A stretch of DNA of 64,000 nt from Bacteroidales bacterium (GCA_038248855.1 JBBRXA010000008.1:2982-66981), one strand, 5' to 3'. Numbered from the stretch's first letter, positions 29,971-40,336 are shown. Program-made: numbers and translations. Notes: generated by a model from the letters alone, not told the origin.

Positions 29971-30008
29971 CACTTTGCATTTATAAACAGGTACATTGGG
30001 AGGTTTTA

Positions 30009-30818
30009 ATGGAAAGCAAGAGGGTATTGTTTGTTTCACAGGAGATCATGCCCTACCTTGGTGAGACAAAGCTTTCAAAGGTCAGCCGGGATCTGCCGCA
30101 GGGTATTCAGGAAAGGGGGAAAGAGATACGTACTTTCATGCCCAGGTACGGTTCAATCAATGAACGGAGGAATCAGCTTCATGAGGTAATACGCCTTTCA
30201 GGTATGAACCTCATCATTGATGATACCGATCACCCGCTCATCATAAAGGTTGCCTCGATACAGTCAGCCCGCATGCAGGTTTACTTTATTGACAACGATG
30301 ATTATTTCCAGCGCAAGCATACCGTCGCGGATTCAGCCGGCAATGAGTACGAAGACAATGATGAAAGGGCTATTTTCTTTGCAAGGGGGGTCATCGAAAC
30401 AGTGAAAAAACTGCGGTGGAGTCCTGACATAGTGCATTGCCACGGCTGGCTTACGTCACTGATTCCGCTTTACCTCAGGAAGATTTATGCCGATGATCCG
30501 GTATTCCATAAGTCGAAGACAATCTATTCGGTCTACAATAACGGATTCAAAACGCCGTTAAAATCTTCGTTATCCAGGAAGCTTGAAGCCGACGGACTGG
30601 AAAAAAGCGCACTGAAGAGCATTAAAGTGAAAGCCGATTTTCTCGGTATGACTAAAATTGCAGTTGAGAATTCCGACGGAATTATTATAGGAACAGATTC
30701 AACAGATGAAGAGGTGAGAAAATACCTCACCGGGATTGACAAGCCTCTCCTGGATTTTCAGGACGAGGGAAATTATATTGATGCGTACAATGACTTTTAT
30801 GACAAGATCTTACAATAG
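30009..30818 (+). CDS. Glycogen/starch synthase-like protein, N-terminal (GT5) domain only
   Basis: VLFVSQEIMPY, EIRTFMPRYG, VYFIDN.DYF, DNDERAIFF and PDIVHCHGW; only 269 aa. Confidence 0.85.
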   Translation: MESKRVLFVSQEIMPYLGETKLSKVSRDLPQGIQERGKEIRTFMPRYGSINERRNQLHEVIRLSGMNLIIDDTDHPLIIKVASIQSARMQVYFIDNDDYFQRKHTVADSAGNEYEDNDERAIFFARGVIETVKKLRWSPDIVHCHGWLTSLIPLYLRKIYADDPVFHKSKTIYSVYNNGFKTPLKSSLSRKLEADGLEKSALKSIKVKADFLGMTKIAVENSDGIIIGTDSTDEEVRKYLTGIDKPLLDFQDEGNYIDAYNDFYDKILQ

Positions 30819-32097
30819 GAAGAACGCAAATAACCGTAATGCTGCAACAGCCTGGTTATCAAAAAACATATTACCGCTTCTGATTGCCCTTCCGGTGATT
30901 GCCTCCTCGTGCTCCGACAATCCCTCCAAAATAGGAATCGGGCTTCTGCCTGACAGTGACTTTATGGCGATGTATTCGACCGATACGGTCGGGGTAAGGG
31001 CTTACACAATGTATGATGACTCGGCCATCACCACCAATGACCCTTCAATGGTAGCAGGCAGGATTACTGATGAATATTTCGGGAATACGAACTGCGATTT
31101 TGTCACTCAGCTGAGGATCATCGCGGCCTGGTCCAAAAAGCCCTACACAGTAGATTCTGTTTCTTTCTATTTCAATGCATCGTCAGTTTCGGGTGACACT
31201 TCAGCAGTACATTACCTGAGACTTTATGAAACGGGCACAAGGCTGCTTGACTCCACGGACTATTATTCAAGCCAGGAGCCTGACACCATTACATTCCTCG
31301 GTGAATACCTGCTGCCGCCTCTCAAGGCCGATACCAGTTACAGGGTGATGCTTGACAGATGGGTGGGAGAGTATCTTTTACGTGACACCTCGATGTTCAA
31401 TCCCCCTACCGACTTCTACAAAGAGTTTTTCAAAGGGTTGTACGTGGGCATCAGGAGCGTGACCAATCCTGTTCTGGTCACCATGACCACGGCAGACAAC
31501 CCCGTCATGATCACGGTGCATTACCATGATACCGCAGCACTTGCATATACTTATTCATTTCTTTCCACTGACCGCGCCGTAAATTACAACAGGTTCATTC
31601 ATGATCACGCCGCTGCCGCGCCTGATAAGCGGATAAAGCACATCAATGACCTGGTAAGAGACACTGCAGTCTACTTTCAGACATATGACGGAGTTTTTCC
31701 GCGCTTCGAATTTCCGGGGCTGGAGGCGTTCAGGAACATACCCCGACTGGCAGTGAACAAGGCGAGACTTTATGTTCCGGTTCATCTTGACGCCGGCACA
31801 TACCTCGAAGCCAACCTCCCTTCACAGATCTTCCTCAGGTACAGGAACAGCGAAGGGAAACTGATAGTCATTCCTGACCTGATGCACGACGCCTCGTTTC
31901 TCGACGGAACTTATTACACTACCGGTGACAACTATGTATTCAACATCACCTCTTTTGTGCAGCAGTATATCAACGGTAAGATCGATAAGCCGTCGGTGGA
32001 AATGTATTTTCCCACCACAGTTGACAAGAATGTAATCTTCGGGGTGAACGGCAACAGTCCTACCGTCAAGTTTGAATTTGCGTATACGGTCTACTGA
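30799..32097 (+). CDS. DUF4270-like lipoprotein
   Basis: Lipobox IASSC followed by IGIGLLP, DEYFG...FVTQL, AVNKARL and YVFNIT; typical position between the glgA-like gene and glmS. Exact start uncertain. Confidence 0.75.
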   Translation: MTRSYNRKNANNRNAATAWLSKNILPLLIALPVIASSCSDNPSKIGIGLLPDSDFMAMYSTDTVGVRAYTMYDDSAITTNDPSMVAGRITDEYFGNTNCDFVTQLRIIAAWSKKPYTVDSVSFYFNASSVSGDTSAVHYLRLYETGTRLLDSTDYYSSQEPDTITFLGEYLLPPLKADTSYRVMLDRWVGEYLLRDTSMFNPPTDFYKEFFKGLYVGIRSVTNPVLVTMTTADNPVMITVHYHDTAALAYTYSFLSTDRAVNYNRFIHDHAAAAPDKRIKHINDLVRDTAVYFQTYDGVFPRFEFPGLEAFRNIPRLAVNKARLYVPVHLDAGTYLEANLPSQIFLRYRNSEGKLIVIPDLMHDASFLDGTYYTTGDNYVFNITSFVQQYINGKIDKPSVEMYFPTTVDKNVIFGVNGNSPTVKFEFAYTVY

Positions 32098-32129
32098 TCG
32101 TCTTTATATATAACCTTAAATGAATTTCT

Positions 32130-33968
32130 ATGTGCGGAATTGTTGGCTACATAGGTTCCCGGCCTGCCCGCGATATTGTCATCAACGGCCTGAAGAGACT
32201 CGAGTACCGGGGCTATGACTCTGCGGGCATTGCCATTAATGACGGAACGGAGACACAGGTCTTCAAATGCGTCGGCAGGGTTCGTGACCTTGAGGAGATG
32301 GTCCACGGATCAGATTTCAACGGTACAATGGCCATGGGCCACACCCGCTGGGCTACACACGGTGAGCCCAATGAGATAAACGCTCACCCGCAGGTCTCCT
32401 GCAGGGGTAATTTCGTCGTAGTCCATAACGGCATCATTGAGAATTATGCCCGCATCAAACGTCACCTTGAAAGCCGTGGCGTAACGTTTACAAGCCAGAC
32501 AGACACAGAGGTCCTTGCCAACCTGATGGAACACCTTTATCTGGAAGGAGATCTGTCAGCAGAGCAGGCAATTACACTGGCCCTCAATAAGGTCGAAGGC
32601 ACGTACGGACTTGCCATTATCTGCCGTAATGAGCAGGGTAAGATGTTTGCAGCGCGAAAGGGTTCTCCGCTTGTGATAGGGGTCGGTGACGGTGAGAACT
32701 TTATTGCCTCGGATGCAACTCCCATTGTAGAGTATACCCAGCGGGTCATTTACCTGAATGACGGTGACCTGGCCATTATCAGCAAGGACGAGATGGTGCT
32801 GAAGGCAATACGCAACAAGTCGTTCGAGCCGGAGGTACAGGAGGTTGACCTGAAGCTCGGTGAGATTGACAAGGAGGGTTTTCCGCATTTCATGCTGAAG
32901 GAGATTTTCGAGCAGCCACAGGCCATACACGATACATTCAGGGGCAGGGTGTTGCCGAACCAGTCAGGTCTTATGCTGGGCGGGCTGCACAAAGTGATTG
33001 ACACGATGGCTACCGCTGACAGGATACTTATTGTTGCATGCGGCACCTCGTGGCATGCGGGGCTTGTAGGGGAATACATACTGGAGGAGTTTTGCCGGAT
33101 ACCCGTAGAGGTCGAGTATGCTTCTGAATTCCGTTACCGCGATCCTATCATTAAAAAAGGAGACATCGTGCTGGCCATCAGCCAGAGCGGGGAGACGGCC
33201 GACACCCTTGCAGCCGTGAGGCTTGCCAAGGAGCGCGGGGCGCTGGTACTCGGTATCTGCAATGTTGTCGGATCAAGCATTCCGCGTGAGACAAATGCAG
33301 GAGTTTACACCCATGCCGGTCCTGAAATAGGCGTGGCTTCCACAAAAGCTTTTACCACGCAGGTAGTAACCCTTGCGATGATAGCCTTCGAGATAGGCAA
33401 CAGGAAAGGCCTGATTGACGAAGCCCGTTACAGGTCGCTCATAAATGAACTTGTCGGTCTTCCTGAAAAGGTTAAAAAAGCTCTTGAGGTCAATGATCAG
33501 GCCCTTGCACTGGCAAAGATCTACCAGTCGACCACAAATGCGATATACCTGGGCCGGGGACTTCAGTTCCCTGTGGCTCTCGAGGGTGCCCTGAAACTGA
33601 AAGAGATATCCTATATACATGCAGAAGGCTATCCCGCCGCAGAGATGAAACACGGCCCTATAGCACTTATCGACGAGAATATGCCGGTTGTTGTGGTGGC
33701 TAACCAGGAGAACTCCTATGACAAGATTGTCAGTAATATCATGGAGGTAAAGGCCAGGAAAGGCGTAGTCATCGCGATAGTCACAGAGGGTGACCAGGTG
33801 ATCAGTAAGCTGGCCGATCATGTGCTGGAGGTGCCTGAAACAATTCCTGTTTTCGGCCCCGTGGTGGCTGCGGTGCCCTTGCAACTGTTCTCATATCACA
33901 TTGCCGTGCTGCGCGGCTGTGACGTGGATCAGCCGAGAAACCTGGCAAAGTCTGTCACTGTAGAATAA
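32130..33968 (+). CDS. glmS: Glutamine--fructose-6-phosphate transaminase (isomerizing)
   Basis: MCGIVGY, LKRLEYRGYDSAG, GHTRWATHG and SQSGETADT; ends PRNLAKSVTVE. Confidence 0.98.
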   Translation: MCGIVGYIGSRPARDIVINGLKRLEYRGYDSAGIAINDGTETQVFKCVGRVRDLEEMVHGSDFNGTMAMGHTRWATHGEPNEINAHPQVSCRGNFVVVHNGIIENYARIKRHLESRGVTFTSQTDTEVLANLMEHLYLEGDLSAEQAITLALNKVEGTYGLAIICRNEQGKMFAARKGSPLVIGVGDGENFIASDATPIVEYTQRVIYLNDGDLAIISKDEMVLKAIRNKSFEPEVQEVDLKLGEIDKEGFPHFMLKEIFEQPQAIHDTFRGRVLPNQSGLMLGGLHKVIDTMATADRILIVACGTSWHAGLVGEYILEEFCRIPVEVEYASEFRYRDPIIKKGDIVLAISQSGETADTLAAVRLAKERGALVLGICNVVGSSIPRETNAGVYTHAGPEIGVASTKAFTTQVVTLAMIAFEIGNRKGLIDEARYRSLINELVGLPEKVKKALEVNDQALALAKIYQSTTNAIYLGRGLQFPVALEGALKLKEISYIHAEGYPAAEMKHGPIALIDENMPVVVVANQENSYDKIVSNIMEVKARKGVVIAIVTEGDQVISKLADHVLEVPETIPVFGPVVAAVPLQLFSYHIAVLRGCDVDQPRNLAKSVTVE

Positions 33969-33983
33969 CCGGGGAGGAACAAT

Positions 33984-35981
33984 ATGGCTGACGGATACAG
34001 AAATCTAAGCATAGGTGAGATAAGGGGCCTTGAGGCTGCCGGCTGCAGAAGCGGTTCCTGGGAGAGTGTTTTTGTCAGGGAGCCCTTCAACGCGGAACGG
34101 ATGCGCAATGTCACTTTCTCCGGAACGGTGAAACTGGGACTGTTCACCGGTGTGGCCCGCGAGAGTTGCGGACTTCCCCTGCCCCACGGGATAACCAATG
34201 CCCATATTCATAACTGCACTGTGGGTGACAATGTGACTATAATCGATATCACCGGGTATATTGCCAATTATGACATTGGTGAGGGTGTGGTGATAAGGAA
34301 CTGCGGTCATATCTCGACAGAGGGAAAGACCACCTTTGGCAACGGTACCCGCGTGGCGGTACTCAATGAAACCGGGGGCAGGGAGGTACCTATCTGGGAC
34401 AGGCTGACATCACATATGGCATATATTATCACTCTCTACAGGCATCGTCCCGAAGCCATTGAGATGATCGAAAAGCTTATCGGTGATTATGCTGACCATG
34501 TTAGATCCGACCGCGGTGAAATAGGTTCCGGGGCGCGGATCGCCGGTTGCGGAACTATCAAGAATGTACGTATCGGTAACGGGGCCGTCATTGAGGATGT
34601 GTCAAGGCTTGCAGAAGGCTCTATCAACAGCTCTTTTAAAGACCCGGTCTACATCGGCAATGACGTGATCATGGATCACTTTATAATCTGTTCAGGCTCG
34701 AAAGTAACTGACGCTGCCATCATCGACAATTGTTTCATCGGTCAGGGATGCACCCTGGCAAAACAGTATTCTGCCGAGAACTCGCTGTTCTTTTCAAACT
34801 GCGGCGGATATCACGGTGAGGCGTGCTCCATTTTCGGAGGTCCCTACACCGTCACACACCATAAATCGACACTGCTGATCGCAGGAATGTTCTCATTCAT
34901 GAACGCCGGCAGCGGCTCGAACCAGAGCAATCACATGTATAAACTGGGGCCCATTCACCAGGGCATCATGGAGAGAGGCTCCAAGACCACAAGTGACTCG
35001 TACGTCCTGTGGCCTTCACGCATCGGACCCTTTACACTTGTTGTGGGGCGTCATTATCACAATGTTGACACGACGCAGTTCCCGTTTTCTTACCTGGCGG
35101 AGGTGAACTATGAGTCTCACCTTGTACCGGGCATAAATCTGCGGAGTGTGGGAACCATACGTGACGCCCAGAAATGGCCGAAACGCGATGTTCGCAAAGA
35201 TCCCAGGAAACTTGACCAGATTAACTTTAACCTCCTGAGCCCCTTCACAGTGGGCAAAATGATGCGCGGTAGGGAACTGCTGGTTCAGATTTTAAAAGAA
35301 AAAACCGAAGGCGGGGAGTATTTGACATATGAGCGGATGAAGATGAAACCTTCAGCCGTAGAACGGGGCATTCTGCTCTATCAGACGGGCATAAATAAAT
35401 TCATCGGTAACTCGGTCATCAAAAGACTTGAAGGAATGGAGTTCAGCTCAGATGCTGAGATACGGCAGAGACTGGCGCCTGACTCAGCCGGGGGAACTGG
35501 CGACTGGGTTGACATGGCCGGGCTTATTGCTCCGATGAACAGGATAGAAGAGCTTCTTTCATCCATCGAAAAGGGTGATATGAAAAGTGCCGAGGCCATA
35601 AACAGGGTGCTTGAGACAATCCACAGGCAATACTATGATCTCGAATGGGAGTGGATTTACAGCAGGCTGCCCGAAGAGACCGGGATAGCCAATGATAAGC
35701 TGACAGCTGAAGACATCATCGCCATTGTTGAAAGATGGAAGAAGAGCGTGGTAGAACTTGATAAAATGCTTTACGAGGACGCCCGCAAGGAGTTTACCCT
35801 TTCATCAATGACAGGATTCGGCATCGACGGCGACGACGAGATAAAGCGCCAGGATTTTGAACATGTGAGGGGTGATTTCGAAAAGAATCCGGTCGTACTG
35901 GCAATTCTCGATCACATAAGGATCAAGTCAGAACTGGGTGATGAGCTGATTGAGCGTCTGAGACGCACCCATAAAAAGTAG
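33984..35981 (+). CDS. DUF4954-like protein with left-handed beta-helix repeats
   Basis: Hexapeptide-like repeats (VGDNVTI, IGEGVVI, IGSGARI, IGNGAVI); motifs VLNETGGREV, GPYTVTHHKSTLLI and SGSNQSNHMYKLGP. Confidence 0.8.
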   Translation: MADGYRNLSIGEIRGLEAAGCRSGSWESVFVREPFNAERMRNVTFSGTVKLGLFTGVARESCGLPLPHGITNAHIHNCTVGDNVTIIDITGYIANYDIGEGVVIRNCGHISTEGKTTFGNGTRVAVLNETGGREVPIWDRLTSHMAYIITLYRHRPEAIEMIEKLIGDYADHVRSDRGEIGSGARIAGCGTIKNVRIGNGAVIEDVSRLAEGSINSSFKDPVYIGNDVIMDHFIICSGSKVTDAAIIDNCFIGQGCTLAKQYSAENSLFFSNCGGYHGEACSIFGGPYTVTHHKSTLLIAGMFSFMNAGSGSNQSNHMYKLGPIHQGIMERGSKTTSDSYVLWPSRIGPFTLVVGRHYHNVDTTQFPFSYLAEVNYESHLVPGINLRSVGTIRDAQKWPKRDVRKDPRKLDQINFNLLSPFTVGKMMRGRELLVQILKEKTEGGEYLTYERMKMKPSAVERGILLYQTGINKFIGNSVIKRLEGMEFSSDAEIRQRLAPDSAGGTGDWVDMAGLIAPMNRIEELLSSIEKGDMKSAEAINRVLETIHRQYYDLEWEWIYSRLPEETGIANDKLTAEDIIAIVERWKKSVVELDKMLYEDARKEFTLSSMTGFGIDGDDEIKRQDFEHVRGDFEKNPVVLAILDHIRIKSELGDELIERLRRTHKK

Positions 35982-35983
35982 CA

Positions 35984-37039
35984 TCACCTTTTTCCGTACA
36001 TCTCCTCGTAGTATTTTGAATAAGCGCCTGAGATTATCTTCTCAAGCCAATATTGGTTTTCCAGGTACCATTCCACTGTGCGTTTAAGGCCTTCCTCAAA
36101 AGTCACCGACGGTCTCCATCCCAGCTCCCGCTGCAACTTGCTGCTGTCTATAGCATACCTGAGATCGTGTCCTGCACGGTCTGTCACATAGGTTATCAGT
36201 GTTTCGGAGCTTCCCGCTGACCTGCCGAGCTTCTCATCCATGATATGACACATCAGGCGTACAAGATCAATATTCTTCCATTCATTGTCTCCTCCCACAT
36301 TGTATGTATGGCCTTCAAGGCCCCTGTGAAAGATGACGTCAATTGCAGATGCGTGGTCCTCAACATAAAGCCAGTCGCGGATGTTCTCACCCTTCCCGTA
36401 AACGGGGATGGGCTTTCCGGTCTTTATATTGTTTATTGTGAGAGGAATAAGCTTCTCGGGGAACTGATTAGGGCCGTAGTTGTTGGAACAGTTCGAGATC
36501 ACCCAGGGCAGTTTATAGGTGTTGCCGAAGGCCCTGACCATATGGTCTGAGCTGGCTTTGGATGCTGAATAGGGACTGCGCGGATCGTACGGGGTCTCCT
36601 CTGTAAATAATCCGCCGTGCTCAAGGGAACCGTAAACCTCATCGGTTGAGATATGGTAAAATATTTTCCTGGAATCATTCACAGCCATGTTGTCACGAAA
36701 GGCGGTAAGGAGGTTTACAGTGCCGATTATATTGGTATAGATGAACTCGTCAGGTGAAGTAATCGACCTGTCAACGTGCGATTCCGCGGCAAGATGTATA
36801 ACCCCGTCGAATTGAAATTCCCTGAAGAGATCATTAACTGCCTGTTTGTCAACGATGTCAATTTTCCGGAAAAAGTAGTTTGCCTGATTCTCAATGTCGG
36901 TGAGGTTTCCCAGGTTACCTGCATAGGTAAGTTTGTCAGCATTGACAATCCTGCAGTCAGGGTATTTGTGTACAAAAAGTCTGACGACATGAGAGCCGAT
37001 GAATCCGGCTCCACCGGTAATGAGAACGGTTCTTTGCAT
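35984..37039 (-). CDS. rfbB: dTDP-glucose 4,6-dehydratase
   Basis: TGGAGFIGS, DKLTYAGN, HLAAESHVDRSI, STDEVYG and YSASK. Confidence 0.96.
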   Translation of the reverse strand: MQRTVLITGGAGFIGSHVVRLFVHKYPDCRIVNADKLTYAGNLGNLTDIENQANYFFRKIDIVDKQAVNDLFREFQFDGVIHLAAESHVDRSITSPDEFIYTNIIGTVNLLTAFRDNMAVNDSRKIFYHISTDEVYGSLEHGGLFTEETPYDPRSPYSASKASSDHMVRAFGNTYKLPWVISNCSNNYGPNQFPEKLIPLTINNIKTGKPIPVYGKGENIRDWLYVEDHASAIDVIFHRGLEGHTYNVGGDNEWKNIDLVRLMCHIMDEKLGRSAGSSETLITYVTDRAGHDLRYAIDSSKLQRELGWRPSVTFEEGLKRTVEWYLENQYWLEKIISGAYSKYYEEMYGKR

Positions 37040-37043
37040 AATC

Positions 37044-38066
37044 TTATCTGTTTCTTATTTTCTTTTCCCGGCGCCAGGCTGTTTCCATAGCCTGGTCAAG
37101 CGAGCTTTCGGTCTTCCATCCCAGTTCGCGGTTTGCAAGTGAAGGGTCAGCCCATATCTTTTCGATATCTCCGGCTCTTCTTCCCGTGATTTTGTATCTG
37201 AGTTTCACGCCTGATACCCGTTCAAAGGAGCCAATGGCTTCAAGGACCGACACTCCGGTGCCGGTGCCGAGATTAAAGACCTCGTAGTTCTTTTTGTTTC
37301 TTCCGTTAAGCAGTCTTCTCAGCGCCACAACATGTGCTTTTGCCAGGTCAACAACATGCAGGTAGTCACGAATGCACGATCCGTCGGGAGTATCGTAGTC
37401 GGTGCCGAATACTTTAAGCTCATCACGCAGGCCCATAGCAGTCTGAGTGATGAAAGGCACGAGGTTTTCGGGTACGCCTCGGGGCAGCTCACCGATCAGG
37501 GCTGACGGGTGGGCACCGATGGGATTGAAGTAACGAAGGGATATCGCCTTCAGCGATGACAGGGCTGCCATAGTGTCACGGATGATTACCTCGCCCACCT
37601 GCTTGGTGTAACCGTAGGGTGAGGCTGCCTCCTTAACGGGAGAGTCTTCTGTGACCGGCAACCGGTCAGGCTGCCCGTATACAGTACATGACGACGAGAA
37701 TACCAGGGCCGGTATCCCGGAGCGTGGCATCATCTCCAGAAGGTTCATCAGTGAGCCCAGGTTGTTCCTGTAATATTCAAGCGGCTTATGAACAGACTCG
37801 CCAACGGCCTTGAAAGCGGCAAAGTGAACGATGGCATCAATCTTACCGGATTTTTCAAGGAAATCAGCAAGCTTCGCCCTGTCACACAGGTCAAAATTAT
37901 GAAACCCGGGCCTTACGCCGGTAATGGCCTCTATCCCGTCAAGAACGGTGATATCGGAATTATGAAGGTTGTCAATTATTACAACCTCAAACCCTTCGTT
38001 TATCAGCTCCACCGCGGTGTGTGAACCTATGAAGCCCGTGCCTCCGGTGACGAGGACCTTCTTCAT
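37044..38066 (-). CDS. galE: UDP-glucose 4-epimerase
   Basis: TGGTGFIGSHT, HFAAFKAVGES, FSSSCTVYG and LRYFNPIGAH. Confidence 0.96.
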   Translation of the reverse strand: MKKVLVTGGTGFIGSHTAVELINEGFEVVIIDNLHNSDITVLDGIEAITGVRPGFHNFDLCDRAKLADFLEKSGKIDAIVHFAAFKAVGESVHKPLEYYRNNLGSLMNLLEMMPRSGIPALVFSSSCTVYGQPDRLPVTEDSPVKEAASPYGYTKQVGEVIIRDTMAALSSLKAISLRYFNPIGAHPSALIGELPRGVPENLVPFITQTAMGLRDELKVFGTDYDTPDGSCIRDYLHVVDLAKAHVVALRRLLNGRNKKNYEVFNLGTGTGVSVLEAIGSFERVSGVKLRYKITGRRAGDIEKIWADPSLANRELGWKTESSLDQAMETAWRREKKIRNR

Positions 38067-39355
38067 TATAAGCTCCAGTAAGTGATGTCTTTTATCTTGT
38101 TCCTGAACATGCCCTTGATATCTACCAGGATTCCCTTCTCATTCATCAGTCCTGCAAAGTATTTCTCATCGAGGCCTGCATACTCCTTATGGCTTACGGC
38201 AGCAATTACGGCGTCATATTTTCCTGAGGGCTTCTCACTGAGATTTATCTTGTATTCTTCGTGGACCTCAGCCGGTGAGGCTCCGGGGTCAATCACATCA
38301 ACCTCCACGCCAAAGTCGCGCAGTTCATCAACCACGTCTATGACCTTCGAGTTGCGGATGTCGGTCACGTCTTCCTTGAAGGTCATTCCCATTACAAGTG
38401 CTCTTGCACCCATCGGGTTTTTGCCTGCAGCGATTATCTTTTTAACTGTCTGTTTGCCGACGTAACGTCCCATGCTGTCATTGGTGAACCGTCCGGAGTC
38501 GATCATCTGGGGATGGTACCCGAGTTCCTTGGCCTTGTAGGAGAGGTAATAGGGGTCGACGCCAATGCAGTGTCCTCCGACGAGGCCGGGGAAGAACTTC
38601 AGGAAGTTCCATTTTGTACCGGCAGCCTCAAGGACCTCGTAGGTGTTGATGCCCATCCGGTTGAATATTATGGAGAGCTCATTCATAAAGGCGATGTTGA
38701 TATCACGCTGGGTGTTTTCAATGATCTTGGCGGCTTCGGCAACCTTGATCGATGATGCGCGGTGAACTCCGGCAGTGATGATGAGCTCATAGATCCTGGC
38801 TATATTTTCGGCAGATTCACTGTCGCACCCGCTTGTCACCTTGACAATCTTTGTCAGAGTATGGTTCCTGTCACCGGGGTTTATCCTTTCGGGTGAAAAA
38901 CCAATCTTAAAATCTTCCGGGCACTTCAGTCCCGACCATCTCTCGAGCACCGGCAGGCAGTCTTCCTCAGTGCATCCCGGATATACGGTTGATTCATATA
39001 CAACATAGTCGCCCTTCTTCAGGATCTTTCCCACTGTTTCGGTGGCCTTAAGCACAGGTGTCAGATCAGGCAGGTTGTGCCGGTTCACGGGAGTCGGCAC
39101 TGCAATGATATGGAAAGAGGCTTCCCGCAGGTCTTCGGGGTTATACGTATATTTTATATCTGTTCCCAGGAAGGCCTCCGGCTCCAGTTCATTGCTGGGG
39201 TCTATGCCCTTTTTCATCAGTTCGACCCTTTCAGGCTTAATATCGAACCCGATAACTTTTATTTTGCGGGCAAATTCCAGTGCAATAGGAAGTCCCACAT
39301 AACCTAAACCGATGAGTGACAGTTTTGTCTCCTTGTTGATGAGCTTATTGTACAT
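38066..39355 (-). CDS. UDP-N-acetylhexosamine 6-dehydrogenase (WbpA/WbpO/TviB family)
   Basis: GLGYVGLP, YESTVYPG, SPERINPGD and GGHCIGVDPYYL. Confidence 0.92.
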   Translation of the reverse strand: MYNKLINKETKLSLIGLGYVGLPIALEFARKIKVIGFDIKPERVELMKKGIDPSNELEPEAFLGTDIKYTYNPEDLREASFHIIAVPTPVNRHNLPDLTPVLKATETVGKILKKGDYVVYESTVYPGCTEEDCLPVLERWSGLKCPEDFKIGFSPERINPGDRNHTLTKIVKVTSGCDSESAENIARIYELIITAGVHRASSIKVAEAAKIIENTQRDINIAFMNELSIIFNRMGINTYEVLEAAGTKWNFLKFFPGLVGGHCIGVDPYYLSYKAKELGYHPQMIDSGRFTNDSMGRYVGKQTVKKIIAAGKNPMGARALVMGMTFKEDVTDIRNSKVIDVVDELRDFGVEVDVIDPGASPAEVHEEYKINLSEKPSGKYDAVIAAVSHKEYAGLDEKYFAGLMNEKGILVDIKGMFRNKIKDITYWSL

Positions 39356-40307
39356 TTTTATTTTTAATTAATGGGTGATAGTCTCCTTTTATCTGTGATA
39401 TTGCGGCATTACGAATCTGATAGACGGTTTCTATGCTCTGGCGGGCGTCATCGAGGCCGAAACCGTTGCCCCGGAGTATTTCCTTGTAGGTCACTGTATG
39501 CAGGTCAGTGAACCCTTCCGAGAACTCCACTTCCTCGCCGTCGACTGTAATGCTTCGGAAGGTCCTCTTTCCCTTCTCCTTTTCGGCATCCGGAAGATCA
39601 TTGCCGTCGATGCTCAGGAACCAGCGCACCCTGGCCTTCTCAAGTTCCAGGAACCCCGATGCTTTATCCTTCTCAAGCAGGTGCACTGTATTTGAGACCA
39701 CGCCGCCGAAGATCCAACCCAGCATATCGAAGAAGTGCACCCCTATGTTTGTGGCGATGCCTCCTGATTTGTTGATGTCACCTTTCCACGATATCTGGTA
39801 CCAGTTTCCGCGGCTGGTTATGTATGTGAGGTCGATGTCATGTTTCCGCCCGGCAGGAGCTTTTAATATTTTGTCACGAAGGGCTATGATTACAGGATGG
39901 TATCTCAGCTGAAGAATATTGAATATCCTGTGTCCGGTCTCCCTTTCTATCTCCTGCAGTGCGTCAATATTCCAGGGGTTCAGCACTACAGGCTTCTCGC
40001 ATATGGCATCGGCGTGATGACGCAGTGCAAACCTGATATGCGAGTCGTGCAGGTAGTTTGGAGAGCAGATACTGACATAATCAAGCTCGGTACCCGCCCT
40101 CTTGAGTTTGTCAACGTGCCGGTCAAACCTCTCGAACTCCACGAAAAAATCACTGTCCGGAAAATAACTGTCTATTTTGCCCACGCAGTCGAACCTGTCA
40201 AGGCTTGCAAGCAAACGGTTGCCTGTCTCCTTCATGGCCTTCAGATGCCTTTCGGCAATATATCCGGCAACACCTATAAGGCCGAAATTCTTAGCAGTAT
40301 CAGTCAT
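39345..40307 (-). CDS. wbpB: UDP-GlcNAcA 3-dehydrogenase (Gfo/Idh/MocA family)
   Basis: GVAGYIAERH, PNYLHDSH, CEKP, SGGIATNIGVHFFD and FSEGFTDLH. Confidence 0.9.
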   Translation of the reverse strand: MTDTAKNFGLIGVAGYIAERHLKAMKETGNRLLASLDRFDCVGKIDSYFPDSDFFVEFERFDRHVDKLKRAGTELDYVSICSPNYLHDSHIRFALRHHADAICEKPVVLNPWNIDALQEIERETGHRIFNILQLRYHPVIIALRDKILKAPAGRKHDIDLTYITSRGNWYQISWKGDINKSGGIATNIGVHFFDMLGWIFGGVVSNTVHLLEKDKASGFLELEKARVRWFLSIDGNDLPDAEKEKGKRTFRSITVDGEEVEFSEGFTDLHTVTYKEILRGNGFGLDDARQSIETVYQIRNAAISQIKGDYHPLIKNKNVQ

Positions 40308-40336
40308 TTGTTGCAGATTAAGAAGGCATAAAAATA

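Noticed and set aside
30009-30818. glgA pseudogene
   Set aside because: No frameshifted C-terminal half follows; the next ORF is an unrelated lipoprotein and the gene looks intact.
33273-33884. 203-aa minus-strand ORF
   Set aside because: Antisense to glmS, with no protein-like features.
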